Program-made: the position numbers and the translations under genes | Assembly (NCBI GenBank): GCA_963829525.1 | Contig: CAWHIJ010000003.1 | Coordinates: 1,792,001 to 1,856,000, forward strand | Origin: an uncultured Actinomycetota bacterium | Lineage (GTDB): Bacteria > Actinomycetota > Actinomycetes > JAHEKZ01 | Direction of reading: 5' to 3' | DNA length: 64,000 bases | The notes under the pieces: model-generated | The model's database searches: none | What the model saw: the letters and a program-made list of their open reading frames with translations, nothing else | What the model was told of the DNA's origin: nothing | Part shown: positions 9,069-18,716 of the stretch, piece after piece | How positions within the stretch are numbered: position 1 is the first letter of the stretch | Layout of the letters: the number at the start of each line of letters is the position of its first letter

Positions 9069-10160
9069 CTAGTCCTCACCACCCACCGTCGTATCCACCA
9101 CTCCCGTGCGCACGTCGGGCCGGGTCGACCGGTGACGGTGCAGCATTAACGCCCCACCAGCAAGGACCAAGAAGACCAAACCGGCCGCCAACAGCGCCAT
9201 CGCGGCACCAACTGCCTCACCAACCCAGGTGACGGTCAGCACTACAGCGGCGACGGTGGCTGCTGCGATGTACGGCCAGAGCGACCTCAGCAGGTACACA
9301 GCCAACGAAACTGCGATCAGGGTGATGAGAGCCAGGCGCTGTGACCATGCGTCCTCGGGGATGTTCGCGGATGCGAAGAGCGCAAGCAACAGACCAAGCG
9401 ACGTGACCAGGATCTGGTTTCGCATAAGAGAACTGAACGTGCCGACAAGCGCCCAGGCGAGACCCACGGCAAGAAGGGTCCACTGGATGACGATGGCCTC
9501 GTCGGGCATCGTGAGCTGGACCATACCCATGACCGCTGCCACAGATGCGACGACCAACCCGATCTCACCCAGAGGCGTGTCAGCCCGGAGTCGGGCCACC
9601 AGTAGCACGGCAGAAGCCGCGAGAGCACCCAGCACCACCGCCGTCCAGGCTTCGTTGCCCGTGACGTTCTCGTTGTTGGCGAGCATCGCGACCATCACGG
9701 TTCCGAAGGCTCCAAGGGCGCCGAAACTGAACAGCGTACCGCTGAGCCTCCGAAGGGTGTCACCGTTCGGAACGTCGGCCCACGGTCGGCCATGTGTGAA
9801 GAATGAAAGGCTGCCAGCGACCGCCAAGAGGGCGAGCGTCGTGCCAGCCATCACCGCGACCCGAGCCATGAAGGACATGTCGCCCCACTGCTGCGCCACG
9901 ACGACGATGCCTGCCGCCACGACCAGCGCGGCCCCGAGGTAGGCCCCGATTTCAGCGAGTCTGGCAGCGATCCCCGCACGAGGTGCCGCCAGCATCGATG
10001 GCTTTTCGTCCGGACGGTTCTCACTGGTCAGGGCAGCCAACACAGCCCGCGCCTGCGCCTCCGTGATCGTTCGGTCAGCCACCAACTTCTCGAACGGCGG
10101 TGGAAACAAACCACTTGGGTCTCGGTTGAGTTCTGGATTCATGGACACATCGGTGAGCAT
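9069..10160 (-). CDS. Multi-pass membrane protein (DUF2157-like)
   Basis: ITEAQA N-terminal motif, AEIGAYLGAALV, many TM segments; GGAGG RBS. Confidence 0.7.
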   Translation of the reverse strand: MLTDVSMNPELNRDPSGLFPPPFEKLVADRTITEAQARAVLAALTSENRPDEKPSMLAAPRAGIAARLAEIGAYLGAALVVAAGIVVVAQQWGDMSFMARVAVMAGTTLALLAVAGSLSFFTHGRPWADVPNGDTLRRLSGTLFSFGALGAFGTVMVAMLANNENVTGNEAWTAVVLGALAASAVLLVARLRADTPLGEIGLVVASVAAVMGMVQLTMPDEAIVIQWTLLAVGLAWALVGTFSSLMRNQILVTSLGLLLALFASANIPEDAWSQRLALITLIAVSLAVYLLRSLWPYIAAATVAAVVLTVTWVGEAVGAAMALLAAGLVFLVLAGGALMLHRHRSTRPDVRTGVVDTTVGGED

Positions 10161-10205
10161 TGTCCTCACCTCCAACTAAAGGCTAGATCAACACCCTGGT
10201 GGGGG

Positions 10206-10835
10206 TCAGCGGCGAAGGTCCCGCCATGAGGTCAAGACAGCTGCCAGCAGAAACTCGACGGCGTCGTCGACGGTTCGCTCTGTGGCTTCCCTGCTCTTGA
10301 CCATCTGCCAGCTCAACGTCTCCAGCGCCGACGGTACAAAGGGCACCGCGTGCGATGCGAAGTCCCCCGATCTGACCCCCTGCTCGAGCATGAGGTTGAT
10401 AGCGGCATGCCATCGGGCACGTGCAACTTGCGCCCTGGTGAGTCCTTCAGCCTTCACCAGGGCATCGTTCAACCCGCGCAGGTCGAAGGGCATCGTGCGG
10501 TACCACTCCAGGTCCCAAGCCACGTAACCAGCAAATCTGTCGATCACTGATCCAGTCGCGTTTGCTGATGCCACAGCGTGGCCAGCGGGGACGTCCATGT
10601 CGTAGACAGCGAGCTCAGCGAGCATCGCCCGCTTAGAGGCGAAGTGCTTGAAGAGCGATGGCTGACGAATGCCCACTTGCTCAGCGATCTGCCGTGTCGA
10701 CGCCCCGCGGAATCCGTGTGTGGCGAACAAGCGAGAAGCCTCGAGCAGAATCCGGTCCCTGGTCGCCCAGCGAGAGGGCCGCTTTGTGCGCAGATCAAGC
10801 ACGTGTCGCTCGGCGTTCTCAACAACTGCGGACAC
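10206..10835 (-). CDS. TetR/AcrR family transcriptional regulator
   Basis: ILLEASRLFATHGFRGASTRQIAEQVGIRQPSLFKHFASK HTH; start GTG 10835 inferred. Confidence 0.88.
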   Translation of the reverse strand: MSAVVENAERHVLDLRTKRPSRWATRDRILLEASRLFATHGFRGASTRQIAEQVGIRQPSLFKHFASKRAMLAELAVYDMDVPAGHAVASANATGSVIDRFAGYVAWDLEWYRTMPFDLRGLNDALVKAEGLTRAQVARARWHAAINLMLEQGVRSGDFASHAVPFVPSALETLSWQMVKSREATERTVDDAVEFLLAAVLTSWRDLRR

Positions 10836-10869
10836 GCCGCTTTTCCCCCGTAGAACGACCCTGCCGTCA

Positions 10870-10889
10870 AGGCTATCGATTGATACCCT
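10870..10889. promoter_or_regulatory. Candidate TetR operator (imperfect palindrome)
   Basis: AGGCTATCGA|TTGATACCCT, 8 of 10 positions pair; about 35 bp upstream of the inferred tetR start. Confidence 0.45.
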
Positions 10890-11126
10890 AGCGCTACCTA
10901 CCTCCACCCTGATCACTTACCATCCGGCAGGTTCGCCTAATCCAATATCCGCGGTCGGCGAACACCCGCCTTCTCGGTACAACAGCAACATCTGCTGCCT
11001 TTGCGTCGGCATCGGCGCAATGCCGAAGGGCGAGCCTCCCGCGCTTCCAGTGCACAGAGCCGCGTCGTCGCCTAGGGTCGTGGGAGGCCACCACCGGTCG
11101 TTCGAGCGGCGTCAAGCGGAGGAAGT

Positions 11127-12788
11127 ATGTCTCGTCACCTCACCTGGGCCGTCGGTCAACTGACTCAGGGTGAGCGAGCGGCACTGGAAGCAACAAGCCA
11201 GTTGCTCCGCGAGGCAGGATGGCTGACGTCCCTGGACGGTGCCCCCGATGCCTCACCAGCAGCGGTACTGGTCTGGACGAACTCGGCTCTCTCGGCTGAG
11301 GCTGCTGACGTCATCTCCGCGGCGCGCGGCAGCCGAACTCCCGTCTTCCTGCTGGGATCGACTTCAGGCGCCGACCTGCCGGATTTGAACGAGGCGTCCG
11401 GCGTTGCAGCCGATCTCTGGTCGCGCCCGCATCGCGCCCGTGTTCGGCCCGCTGGCTCCGAGGCCTGGCTCGGGCGAGTCGCCCCAATGGGTGAGCCGTT
11501 GGAGATCTTCACGCCCGTCCTGGCGGTGGAAAAGGTCAGGGAGAATGTTCAGATTTGGGCGACCGCCCAGCTGGGATTGACCGCGCACCCGGTCGCGACC
11601 TGGAACCCTGAGAACCACATCGGCATGGTGTCGCTCCGGCCGTGTGCCGACCAGCCGGACGATGTTGCCGCCTTCGCACGCTTGCTGCACCTCGTCCTCC
11701 GTCGTTCCCTCGGGGTCGATCCCGAAGAAGTCTCACCCTTGGTTGTCGGCCTACTCGGATTTGGAGCGATCGGTGCAGAGCATGCTCGCGCCGCCCAAGC
11801 CCTTCCCGGGATGAAGCTTGGGTCGCTCTGTGATCGTTCAGCTGAACGCCTTGCGGACGCCCACCAGCTGTTCCCCGGCGTCACGACCACCGACGATCCG
11901 GCTGCCTTGCTGGCAGATCCCTCTCTCGACGTCATCGTCGTGTCGACTCCCCCGGACTCACACGCCGACTGGGCAGATCGCGTGATGGCGGCCGGGAAAG
12001 ACGTCATTGTCGAGAAGCCGTTCGCCCTCACCATTGAGGATTCCGACCGGGTCCTGGCCACGGCACAGCGCACGGGGCGGCGAGCTGTGGTCTACCAGAA
12101 TCGGCGCTTTGATCCGGACTTCCTCACCATCGCGCACATGGTTCATGGGGGCGAGCTCGGCGAGGTATTTCATCTTGAGGCATTCATCGGTGGCTTCGGA
12201 CACCCCTGCAACTACTGGCACTCCGATGAGTCCGTGTCCGGAGGCGCGTTGTACGACTGGGGCTCGCACCTGATCGATCAGATCCTCAGTCTGCATCCCG
12301 GTCCGCTCGCGCACGTCACCTGCATTGAGCACAAACGGAAGTGGCACGACGTCACCAACGCCGACCACACCACTGTTGCGCTTCGCTTCCAGGACGGCAC
12401 TGAGGCGGTCTTCGTCCACTCCGATCTCGCAGCTGCGCTCAAACCACGTTGGTACCTCCTCGGCACCGAGGGTGCGATCACCAGCACGTGGAGAAACGAA
12501 AGCGTCGTTCGGCGGAACGCTGTCGGTACGTTGGACGAAGACGTGTTGGCCGTGACTGACTCGCCCCCTGAGCTCACCTACATCGACCCCCTCGGCTCGC
12601 AAACAGCACTCAAGCAGATCACTCCCGAGCCCCACGCCTTTCATCGAGAGTTCGTCGATGCCGTTCGCTACGAGTGGCCGATGAGTGTCACCGCCGTGCA
12701 GTCGCGGCGGGTGGTTGCTGTCATGGAGGCCGCACGGGCCTCCGCGCGCGCACAAGGAATTCCCATGTCGGTCGACGGGGACGCGTGA
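11127..12788 (+). CDS. Gfo/Idh/MocA oxidoreductase with an extra ~200-aa N-terminal domain
   Basis: GFGAIG, VEKPF, YQNRRFD and LYDWGSH motifs; GGAGG RBS. Confidence 0.85.
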   Translation: MSRHLTWAVGQLTQGERAALEATSQLLREAGWLTSLDGAPDASPAAVLVWTNSALSAEAADVISAARGSRTPVFLLGSTSGADLPDLNEASGVAADLWSRPHRARVRPAGSEAWLGRVAPMGEPLEIFTPVLAVEKVRENVQIWATAQLGLTAHPVATWNPENHIGMVSLRPCADQPDDVAAFARLLHLVLRRSLGVDPEEVSPLVVGLLGFGAIGAEHARAAQALPGMKLGSLCDRSAERLADAHQLFPGVTTTDDPAALLADPSLDVIVVSTPPDSHADWADRVMAAGKDVIVEKPFALTIEDSDRVLATAQRTGRRAVVYQNRRFDPDFLTIAHMVHGGELGEVFHLEAFIGGFGHPCNYWHSDESVSGGALYDWGSHLIDQILSLHPGPLAHVTCIEHKRKWHDVTNADHTTVALRFQDGTEAVFVHSDLAAALKPRWYLLGTEGAITSTWRNESVVRRNAVGTLDEDVLAVTDSPPELTYIDPLGSQTALKQITPEPHAFHREFVDAVRYEWPMSVTAVQSRRVVAVMEAARASARAQGIPMSVDGDA

Positions 12789-13768
12789 CGTCCACTGACA
12801 CCGGCGCCGTTCGCTGGGGCTTTCTTGGTGCCGGCTTTGTTGCCTCTCGGGCGGTGGGACCCGCGGTCCATGCCAGTCCCTATGCACAGCTCGAAGCCGT
12901 GGCTGCACGAGATGCTGATCGAGCGAAGGCCTTAGAACCCCAAGGAATGGCTACCGATGGCTACGAAGCGATCTTAGATGATGACTCGGTTGAGGCCGTT
13001 TACGTATCCCTCACCAACGAAGCGCACCTACGCTGGATCACCGCAGCCCTAGGTGCTGGTAAGCACGTGCTATGCGAGAAGCCGATCACGCTCGATGCCG
13101 AAGAGTGCCGCCAAGCATTCAGCGCCGCGCGCTCTGCTGGCCTGCTGCTCGTTGAGGCTGTCTGGACCCAGTGGCACCCGCGAACACGACGCGTTGATGC
13201 CATCGTTGCCGCAGGCGATCTCGGCGAAGTTCGCAGCATCGATTCATCGTTCACCTTCGATGGGGTCCCAGCTGATAACTACCGACTCAATCCGAGCCGT
13301 GGTGGCGGTTCGCTCCTGGACGTGGGCCCATACCTCCTGCGGCCCGCCGTCACGTGGATAGATGGGGAGTGGGAGGTCGAAGTTGCCGGCCGCACGACCA
13401 GCCAGACGGGTGCTGACCTACGCACCAGCGCGACTCTGACCACCTCGACTGGTGCCAGGACCGAAGTCCTCTCCTCGTTCCTCGACGCAGAGCACCAGAG
13501 CTTGCAGGTCCATGGCACTTCCGCCGCAGTCACATTCGGGTCGCCTGCCATCACCAGCTGGCGCGAGGCCGCAAGCATCGAGATCACCGACGGCGCTCGC
13601 TGCTGGACCGAGCGCTTTCCGGCTTGTGATGCTTATGAACTGATGGTGAGCTCGGTCTCACAACGAATCCGTGGCGACAGCGATGCCTACGTGACCAGCG
13701 AAGAGGAGTCCGTCAGCTGTATGACCCTCATCGACCTGATCGACGATGCATGCGAGAACGCCGCATGA
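12785..13768 (+). CDS. Gfo/Idh/MocA oxidoreductase
   Basis: RWGFLGAGFVA, KHVLCEKP and GGGSLLDVGPY motifs; GTGA overlap. Confidence 0.9.
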   Translation: MTSTDTGAVRWGFLGAGFVASRAVGPAVHASPYAQLEAVAARDADRAKALEPQGMATDGYEAILDDDSVEAVYVSLTNEAHLRWITAALGAGKHVLCEKPITLDAEECRQAFSAARSAGLLLVEAVWTQWHPRTRRVDAIVAAGDLGEVRSIDSSFTFDGVPADNYRLNPSRGGGSLLDVGPYLLRPAVTWIDGEWEVEVAGRTTSQTGADLRTSATLTTSTGARTEVLSSFLDAEHQSLQVHGTSAAVTFGSPAITSWREAASIEITDGARCWTERFPACDAYELMVSSVSQRIRGDSDAYVTSEEESVSCMTLIDLIDDACENAA

Positions 13769-14625
13769 ACGCCTTCGAGTGGCCAGCTGACTCTTGGGTG
13801 GAGCCGGTCGATCAACCTGTCAGCGACGGCACCTCGCTCGCTGTTCGTCTACTCCCCGGCGACGGTCATCCGTTTGTCCTGGTGCACGGGCTGGCGTCAA
13901 ACGCTCTGCTCTGGCGAGGTGTCGCCGAGCAGCTCAACAGCCGTGGGCACCCGGTGGCGTGCGTCGACCTGAGGGGTCATGGACGTTCGGAGCGACCCCA
14001 TGAGGGCTACACCACCGCGGCGGCTGCTCACGACCTCGGAACTCTGCTCACCACCCTCGAATGGGACGATCGGCGTCCCATCGCGGCCGGACAGTCGTGG
14101 GGTGGGAATGTTGTGCTTCGCGCAGCGCACGACGACCCCCACTGGGGCGGTGTTGTCGCGGTCGATGGTGGGTGGATCCACCTTCGACGCCGGTTCGACT
14201 CGTTCGACGTGTGTTGGAAGAACCTGGCGCCGCCTGATCTGGGCCAACGCGCCCCGGAGGAGGTCCTGGGCTTCATCAGCGCGATGGTAGCGACGTGGCC
14301 CAGTGGAGCCGTGGAAGCTGTCGTCGGCAATTTGGAACTCGTCGCGGGACGGGTGCGCAACCGGCTCGCCCGCGATCACCACCGCTCGATCCTGCACTCG
14401 CTCTGGGCCGACGACCCGACGGAGCTGTACCGGGCCATCGCCGCGCCGGTACATCTCATGGTCGCGGGAAGCACGAGCTCGGCAGATGTTGACGAAGCTT
14501 CGGCCGCGCTGCCGGACGCTACCGTCAGCTGGCACCCGGACGCGCACCATGACATCCACCTGCAACATCCCGAGGTAGTCACCGATCACCTGCTCGGCCT
14601 CCTCACACGCGTGGAAGGATCTTGA
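13765..14625 (+). CDS. Alpha/beta hydrolase
   Basis: VHGL, DLRGHGRS, GQSWGG nucleophile elbow, C-terminal His. Confidence 0.88.
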   Translation: MNAFEWPADSWVEPVDQPVSDGTSLAVRLLPGDGHPFVLVHGLASNALLWRGVAEQLNSRGHPVACVDLRGHGRSERPHEGYTTAAAAHDLGTLLTTLEWDDRRPIAAGQSWGGNVVLRAAHDDPHWGGVVAVDGGWIHLRRRFDSFDVCWKNLAPPDLGQRAPEEVLGFISAMVATWPSGAVEAVVGNLELVAGRVRNRLARDHHRSILHSLWADDPTELYRAIAAPVHLMVAGSTSSADVDEASAALPDATVSWHPDAHHDIHLQHPEVVTDHLLGLLTRVEGS

Positions 14626-14628
14626 GCC

Positions 14629-15906
14629 GTGAGTCGCATCGTGCTGATGGGTTCAGGTGAGACGGCACCAGCGATGGTCAAGACCCACCGTGCCGTCCTT
14701 GCCGCATCCGGTGACGGTCCGGCCGTCATGTTGGACACCCCCTATGGCTTTCAGGTCAACGCCGACGACCTCACGAATCGCACCCTTCGCTACTTCGAAG
14801 AATCCGTCGGTCAGAAGGTCACGCCCGCCAGTTGGCGTCGGTCCGACATCCCGGCTGCCGAGAGGGAGCGGGTTCTTGCTCAGGTGAGCCGAGCAGCTTG
14901 GCTTTTCGCCGGCCCCGGTAGCCCCACGTACGCGTTGGACCAATGGCATGGCACACCCTTGGTTGGCGCCATCGGAGACGTCGTCGACCGTGGCGGCACG
15001 GTCGTTCTGGGCAGTGCCGCCGCGGTAACGGCCGGACGCTGGGCCCTACCCGTCTACGAGATCTACAAGGTGGGAGTGGCGCCCTTCTGGGCTGAGGGTC
15101 TTGATCTACTCACCCGGTTCCTCGACCTTCCGGTTGCAGTGGTCCCGCACTACGACAACGCCGAGGGCGGGACCTACGACACCCGCTTTTGCTACCTCGG
15201 CGAGGAACGGCTCGAGCTGCTGGAACAAGACCTACCGGAGAATGCGGCAGTGCTTGGCATCGACGAGCACACAGCAGTCATCGTCGATCGTGGTGCGAGT
15301 ACCGTCGAGGTCTCCGGGGTCGGCCACCTCACGGTGCGCCGCCATGGGCAAAGTGAACTGGTGCCCTCCGGTTCGGTCCTCAATGTCGACGAGCTTGCCG
15401 CAATCGTGGCCGGGATCCGCCACGTGCCGGGTGGGTTCTCAGGACCGGGTGCCAGTGCCGATGAGGCTGAGCAACTGCCCGTCCCGCCGTCGCTGGATAC
15501 CGATGTCTCAGTGCAACGCAAGCTCTTTGATGCGGCCATGACAGACCGTGATGTTGATGCAGCCGTGGCTGCGCTGCTGGGTCTCGACGACATCTTGGTC
15601 GCATGGTCGGCCGACACGCTGCAAAGTGACTCGCTCGACCGCGGACGCCGTGAGCTTCGGGCCATGGTGGTCCGACTCGGCGAGTTGGCTCGATCTGGGG
15701 CAGCAGACCCGTCGGCGGCTCTCGCACCTGTTGTCGACGCTGTGCTTGCCGCCCGCAGGTCAGCGCGTGAGGAGAAGGACTTTGCAACCAGCGACAGGCT
15801 ACGCGATGCCCTTGTTGCTGGCGGCATCGTGGTGATGGACACCCCGAGCGGCTCGACCTGGTCGATGCAAGGACCCGACGACGAAGGGCCCGGTTCCGCA
15901 CCGTGA
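14629..15906 (+). CDS. Peptidase S51/cyanophycinase-like domain fused to a CysRS-like C-terminal domain
   Basis: GSAAA, VPHYDN and GIDEHTA; C-terminus R..AREEKDFATSDRLRDAL...GI...D...GSTW. Confidence 0.75.
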   Translation: MSRIVLMGSGETAPAMVKTHRAVLAASGDGPAVMLDTPYGFQVNADDLTNRTLRYFEESVGQKVTPASWRRSDIPAAERERVLAQVSRAAWLFAGPGSPTYALDQWHGTPLVGAIGDVVDRGGTVVLGSAAAVTAGRWALPVYEIYKVGVAPFWAEGLDLLTRFLDLPVAVVPHYDNAEGGTYDTRFCYLGEERLELLEQDLPENAAVLGIDEHTAVIVDRGASTVEVSGVGHLTVRRHGQSELVPSGSVLNVDELAAIVAGIRHVPGGFSGPGASADEAEQLPVPPSLDTDVSVQRKLFDAAMTDRDVDAAVAALLGLDDILVAWSADTLQSDSLDRGRRELRAMVVRLGELARSGAADPSAALAPVVDAVLAARRSAREEKDFATSDRLRDALVAGGIVVMDTPSGSTWSMQGPDDEGPGSAP

Positions 15907-15927
15907 GGTGAGGAACCGGGCCCTTCG
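15882..15927. terminator. Bidirectional hairpin terminator
   Basis: CGAAGGGCCCGGTTCC-G-CACC-GTGA-GGTG-A-GGAACCGGGCCCTTCG between convergent genes. Confidence 0.8.
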
Positions 15928-15952
15928 CGAAGCCTGGTATCAGGCCCCGAGA

Positions 15953-16156
15953 TCAGGCGAGACGGACGTTCTCCGCCTGCGGACCCTTCGGGCCCTGCGT
16001 GATTTCGAACTCGACGCGCTGGTTCTCTTCAAGGGTGCGGTACCCGTCCATCGTGATGGCCGAGAAGTGAACAAAGACGTCGGCTCCGCCGCCGTCTTGC
16101 TCAATGAATCCGTAACCCTTTTCAGCGTTGAACCACTTAACGCTGCCTACTGCCAT
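15953..16156 (-). CDS. Cold-shock protein (CspA family)
   Basis: [15 protein letters not shown]...DVFVHFSAI; 67 aa. Confidence 0.96.
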   Translation of the reverse strand: MAVGSVKWFNAEKGYGFIEQDGGGADVFVHFSAITMDGYRTLEENQRVEFEITQGPKGPQAENVRLA

Positions 16157-16327
16157 GAAACTCTCCAACTCTTGATGCTGCCACTCCCGCAGGCTGCGGG
16201 GGCGGGGTTGCGGCACCGAGAGTGCCCGCGAGTCTTTCCGCGAGCGTTTCGGAGAAACGAGACGACGGAAAACTTCTACAACCAACCATGACGTTACCAC
16301 GGGCGCCACCTGAGGGGACGAAGCCAC

Positions 16328-17833
16328 TCACGTCAGGTCGGTCGAAGCTGGTGCCACAGGAGCAGTCGGGTCGATCGCCTGGATCTGGATGGACTGGACC
16401 AGACGCGGATCGTGCGGCGCCATCGATACCGCTATCCGGACCCGACCCGCCCTCTCCTGCCCGCTCATCAGCCAGCTGGCCGTCCCAGGCGATGGACAGG
16501 TCACGGTGTCTGGGACAACATCCAGACTCCCGTGCGAACGATGGAGAGCGCGCCAGATCGCCACCCGCTCGGTCCATGGCATGTCCATCTCGACGTTTTC
16601 GGCGCACATCGCCCGTAAGGTCGAGGCGGCCTCCCCGTCGGGGTCTGATCCCCGTAGCCAGTCAGTGACCGACCTCTGGGCGGAATCGAGCATCGACAGA
16701 CTCACTGGTGGTGGGTGCAGTGGCGCCCCAAGCTGGGTCACGAGATCAGCAAGCGCAGCGGTCGCGACCGTCGACATGGGGGCGTAGGTGCTGTTGGCGA
16801 GGGCCACAATCCCGAGGCCAGAGACGGGGTGCCACCGCATGTGGGAGCCAAATCCGGGGTAACCGCCGGAGTGGTAGACACTACGGCCCCACGACCGGAA
16901 GGTTTCGAAGAGGCCGAACCCGTACCCGGTCACTTCTGGGGCGGCCTCTGATGAGCCGGCAGAAGTTGCGGCCACCATTCGCTGGGTGACCTGCATCTCG
17001 GCCAGCGATGACGCCTGCAGCGGGAGCGCGCCCTCCGCTGAGAGCCCCCGTCGGTCTTGTCGGTGCACAGATTGCAACAAGCCAACCCAAACAGCCAGGT
17101 CGCTCACGGTGCTCAAGATTCCGCCCATCGGCGAGAAGGCGCCGGGGCCGGCGATCGGTTCTTCGACCCATCCAGTGCTGCGCCGTACGTAGCCGTTGGC
17201 GACAGTCTTGCCCCGAAGGCCGTCGGGGTCGAAACCACTTGAAACCATTCCGAGGGGCTGTAACAGCTGGGACTCGACGACCTCGATGTACGTGCGTCCG
17301 GTGACGTTTTCGATCACAAGTCCAAGCAGGGCGTATCCCAGATTCGAGTACTCAAACCGCAGCCCAGGCGGCCAGAGCGGAGTCAGCCCCCGTGCAACCA
17401 GGGCACGAAACGCGGAGACCGGGAGGTCCTGCTGCCGGTCTCCCCACGGGTCGTCACTGAGAAAGCCGCCGCCCATGGTCAGCAGTTGGCGCACGGTGAT
17501 CTCACGCGCAGCGGCTCCACCGGCCGCCAGCTCCGGAACGAAGTCGACCACCGGTGCATCGAGGCTGAGCACACCGTCGTCGCGCAGCCGCAACAACACG
17601 GCGGCGGTGAAGCTCTTGGTCATCGACGCGATCCGAAAGACCGTCGCACGATCTGGAGCCGGCCCAGCGGGCAGCGCGAGTGAACCGAGGCCCCGGGAAC
17701 AGACGATCGCTCCCTCAGACACGACTGCGTAAGCCATGCCCGGCGCCGATCCAGCGTCCATACTCCGCAGAAAGTGCGGGTCCACGACGGCCGCGACGCG
17801 AGCGTCATCGAGGTCTGCGATGGTCCAGGTCAC
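16328..17833 (-). CDS. Serine hydrolase (beta-lactamase/class C family)
   Basis: FRIASMTK (SxxK), YSN and HSG motifs. Confidence 0.88.
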   Translation of the reverse strand: MTWTIADLDDARVAAVVDPHFLRSMDAGSAPGMAYAVVSEGAIVCSRGLGSLALPAGPAPDRATVFRIASMTKSFTAAVLLRLRDDGVLSLDAPVVDFVPELAAGGAAAREITVRQLLTMGGGFLSDDPWGDRQQDLPVSAFRALVARGLTPLWPPGLRFEYSNLGYALLGLVIENVTGRTYIEVVESQLLQPLGMVSSGFDPDGLRGKTVANGYVRRSTGWVEEPIAGPGAFSPMGGILSTVSDLAVWVGLLQSVHRQDRRGLSAEGALPLQASSLAEMQVTQRMVAATSAGSSEAAPEVTGYGFGLFETFRSWGRSVYHSGGYPGFGSHMRWHPVSGLGIVALANSTYAPMSTVATAALADLVTQLGAPLHPPPVSLSMLDSAQRSVTDWLRGSDPDGEAASTLRAMCAENVEMDMPWTERVAIWRALHRSHGSLDVVPDTVTCPSPGTASWLMSGQERAGRVRIAVSMAPHDPRLVQSIQIQAIDPTAPVAPASTDLT

Positions 17834-17889
17834 CGGCCCAGCGTGCCACGCCGCTCCATGTCCTGCCCGCAATTGCCGATGGTGGGGAC

Positions 17890-18693
17890 ATGAGCCAATC
17901 TGCCCGCTTCTCCCGGCCCCTGCTCGCCTGCGTCGCCGCCCTCAGCCTGGTGGTGCCGCTTGCGGTGTCAGCCTCGCTGCCGGTGAGCGCCGCCGACAGC
18001 GCCCCCTACGTGGCCAACGATGTACCGGTGGCCAAAGGGTGCATTGTGCTCGGGCGCGCCTGGGCTGGCGTCAAGGTGTGGATGGTGCAACGCCGCCTCG
18101 GCACCACCGAGGAGCTGGACAGATATGGGCGAGAGACGCTCAGCGCAGTCACCGCCTTCCAGGAGCGGCGCGGGCTTCGTCCCACTGGGAAGGTCAACCG
18201 CCGAACCTGGAATGCCATGGGATTTGACCGTCCGTTCTGTATGGACAGGTTTACTACGCAGCCAACTGTCCGAGCGCGCGCTACCACCGACGAGCACATC
18301 GAGGCGATGATTGCTTGGGCTGGAAGACAGGTGGGACGGCGCTACATCTGGGGTGGTGCTGGACCGTTGGGCTATGACTGCTCGGGGCTGGCCCTTCAGG
18401 CCATGCATGCGGGCGGACGCGTCCTGCCGACCATCACCACCTACCTCCATCAGCGTCGCGACTTTGCCACTGCCTCGGCGATCTTCAACTCAGGGCTTCG
18501 TCAGGTGCCGCTCGCGGATCGCAAGAGGGGCGATCTCGTCTTCTATGGGCCCCAGGGATCAATCTCGCATATGGCGATCTACCTCGGCCACGGACGCGTG
18601 ATCGAGGCGGTTCGACCGGAGGTAAGGCTGCACTCTCTGTGGCAGCACGATGTGCCGCTCAAGTCCCGCGTTGTGCGTCCGTTCGGTCGATGA
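17890..18693 (+). CDS. Secreted NlpC/P60 peptidase with peptidoglycan-binding domain
   Basis: Signal peptide, AVTAFQ...GL.PTG PG-binding motif, YDCSG, GDLVFY, HMAIY. Confidence 0.9.
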   Translation: MSQSARFSRPLLACVAALSLVVPLAVSASLPVSAADSAPYVANDVPVAKGCIVLGRAWAGVKVWMVQRRLGTTEELDRYGRETLSAVTAFQERRGLRPTGKVNRRTWNAMGFDRPFCMDRFTTQPTVRARATTDEHIEAMIAWAGRQVGRRYIWGGAGPLGYDCSGLALQAMHAGGRVLPTITTYLHQRRDFATASAIFNSGLRQVPLADRKRGDLVFYGPQGSISHMAIYLGHGRVIEAVRPEVRLHSLWQHDVPLKSRVVRPFGR

Positions 18694-18716
18694 AGCCGAA
18701 TGGTCTCGCCGGACCG

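Noticed and set aside
10917-11126. Riboswitch or small ORF in the tetR-oxidoreductase intergenic region
   Set aside because: Short hairpins and a GACGCAAAG on the minus strand, but no GGCAAAC or other aptamer elements; small ORFs lack RBS and recognisable features
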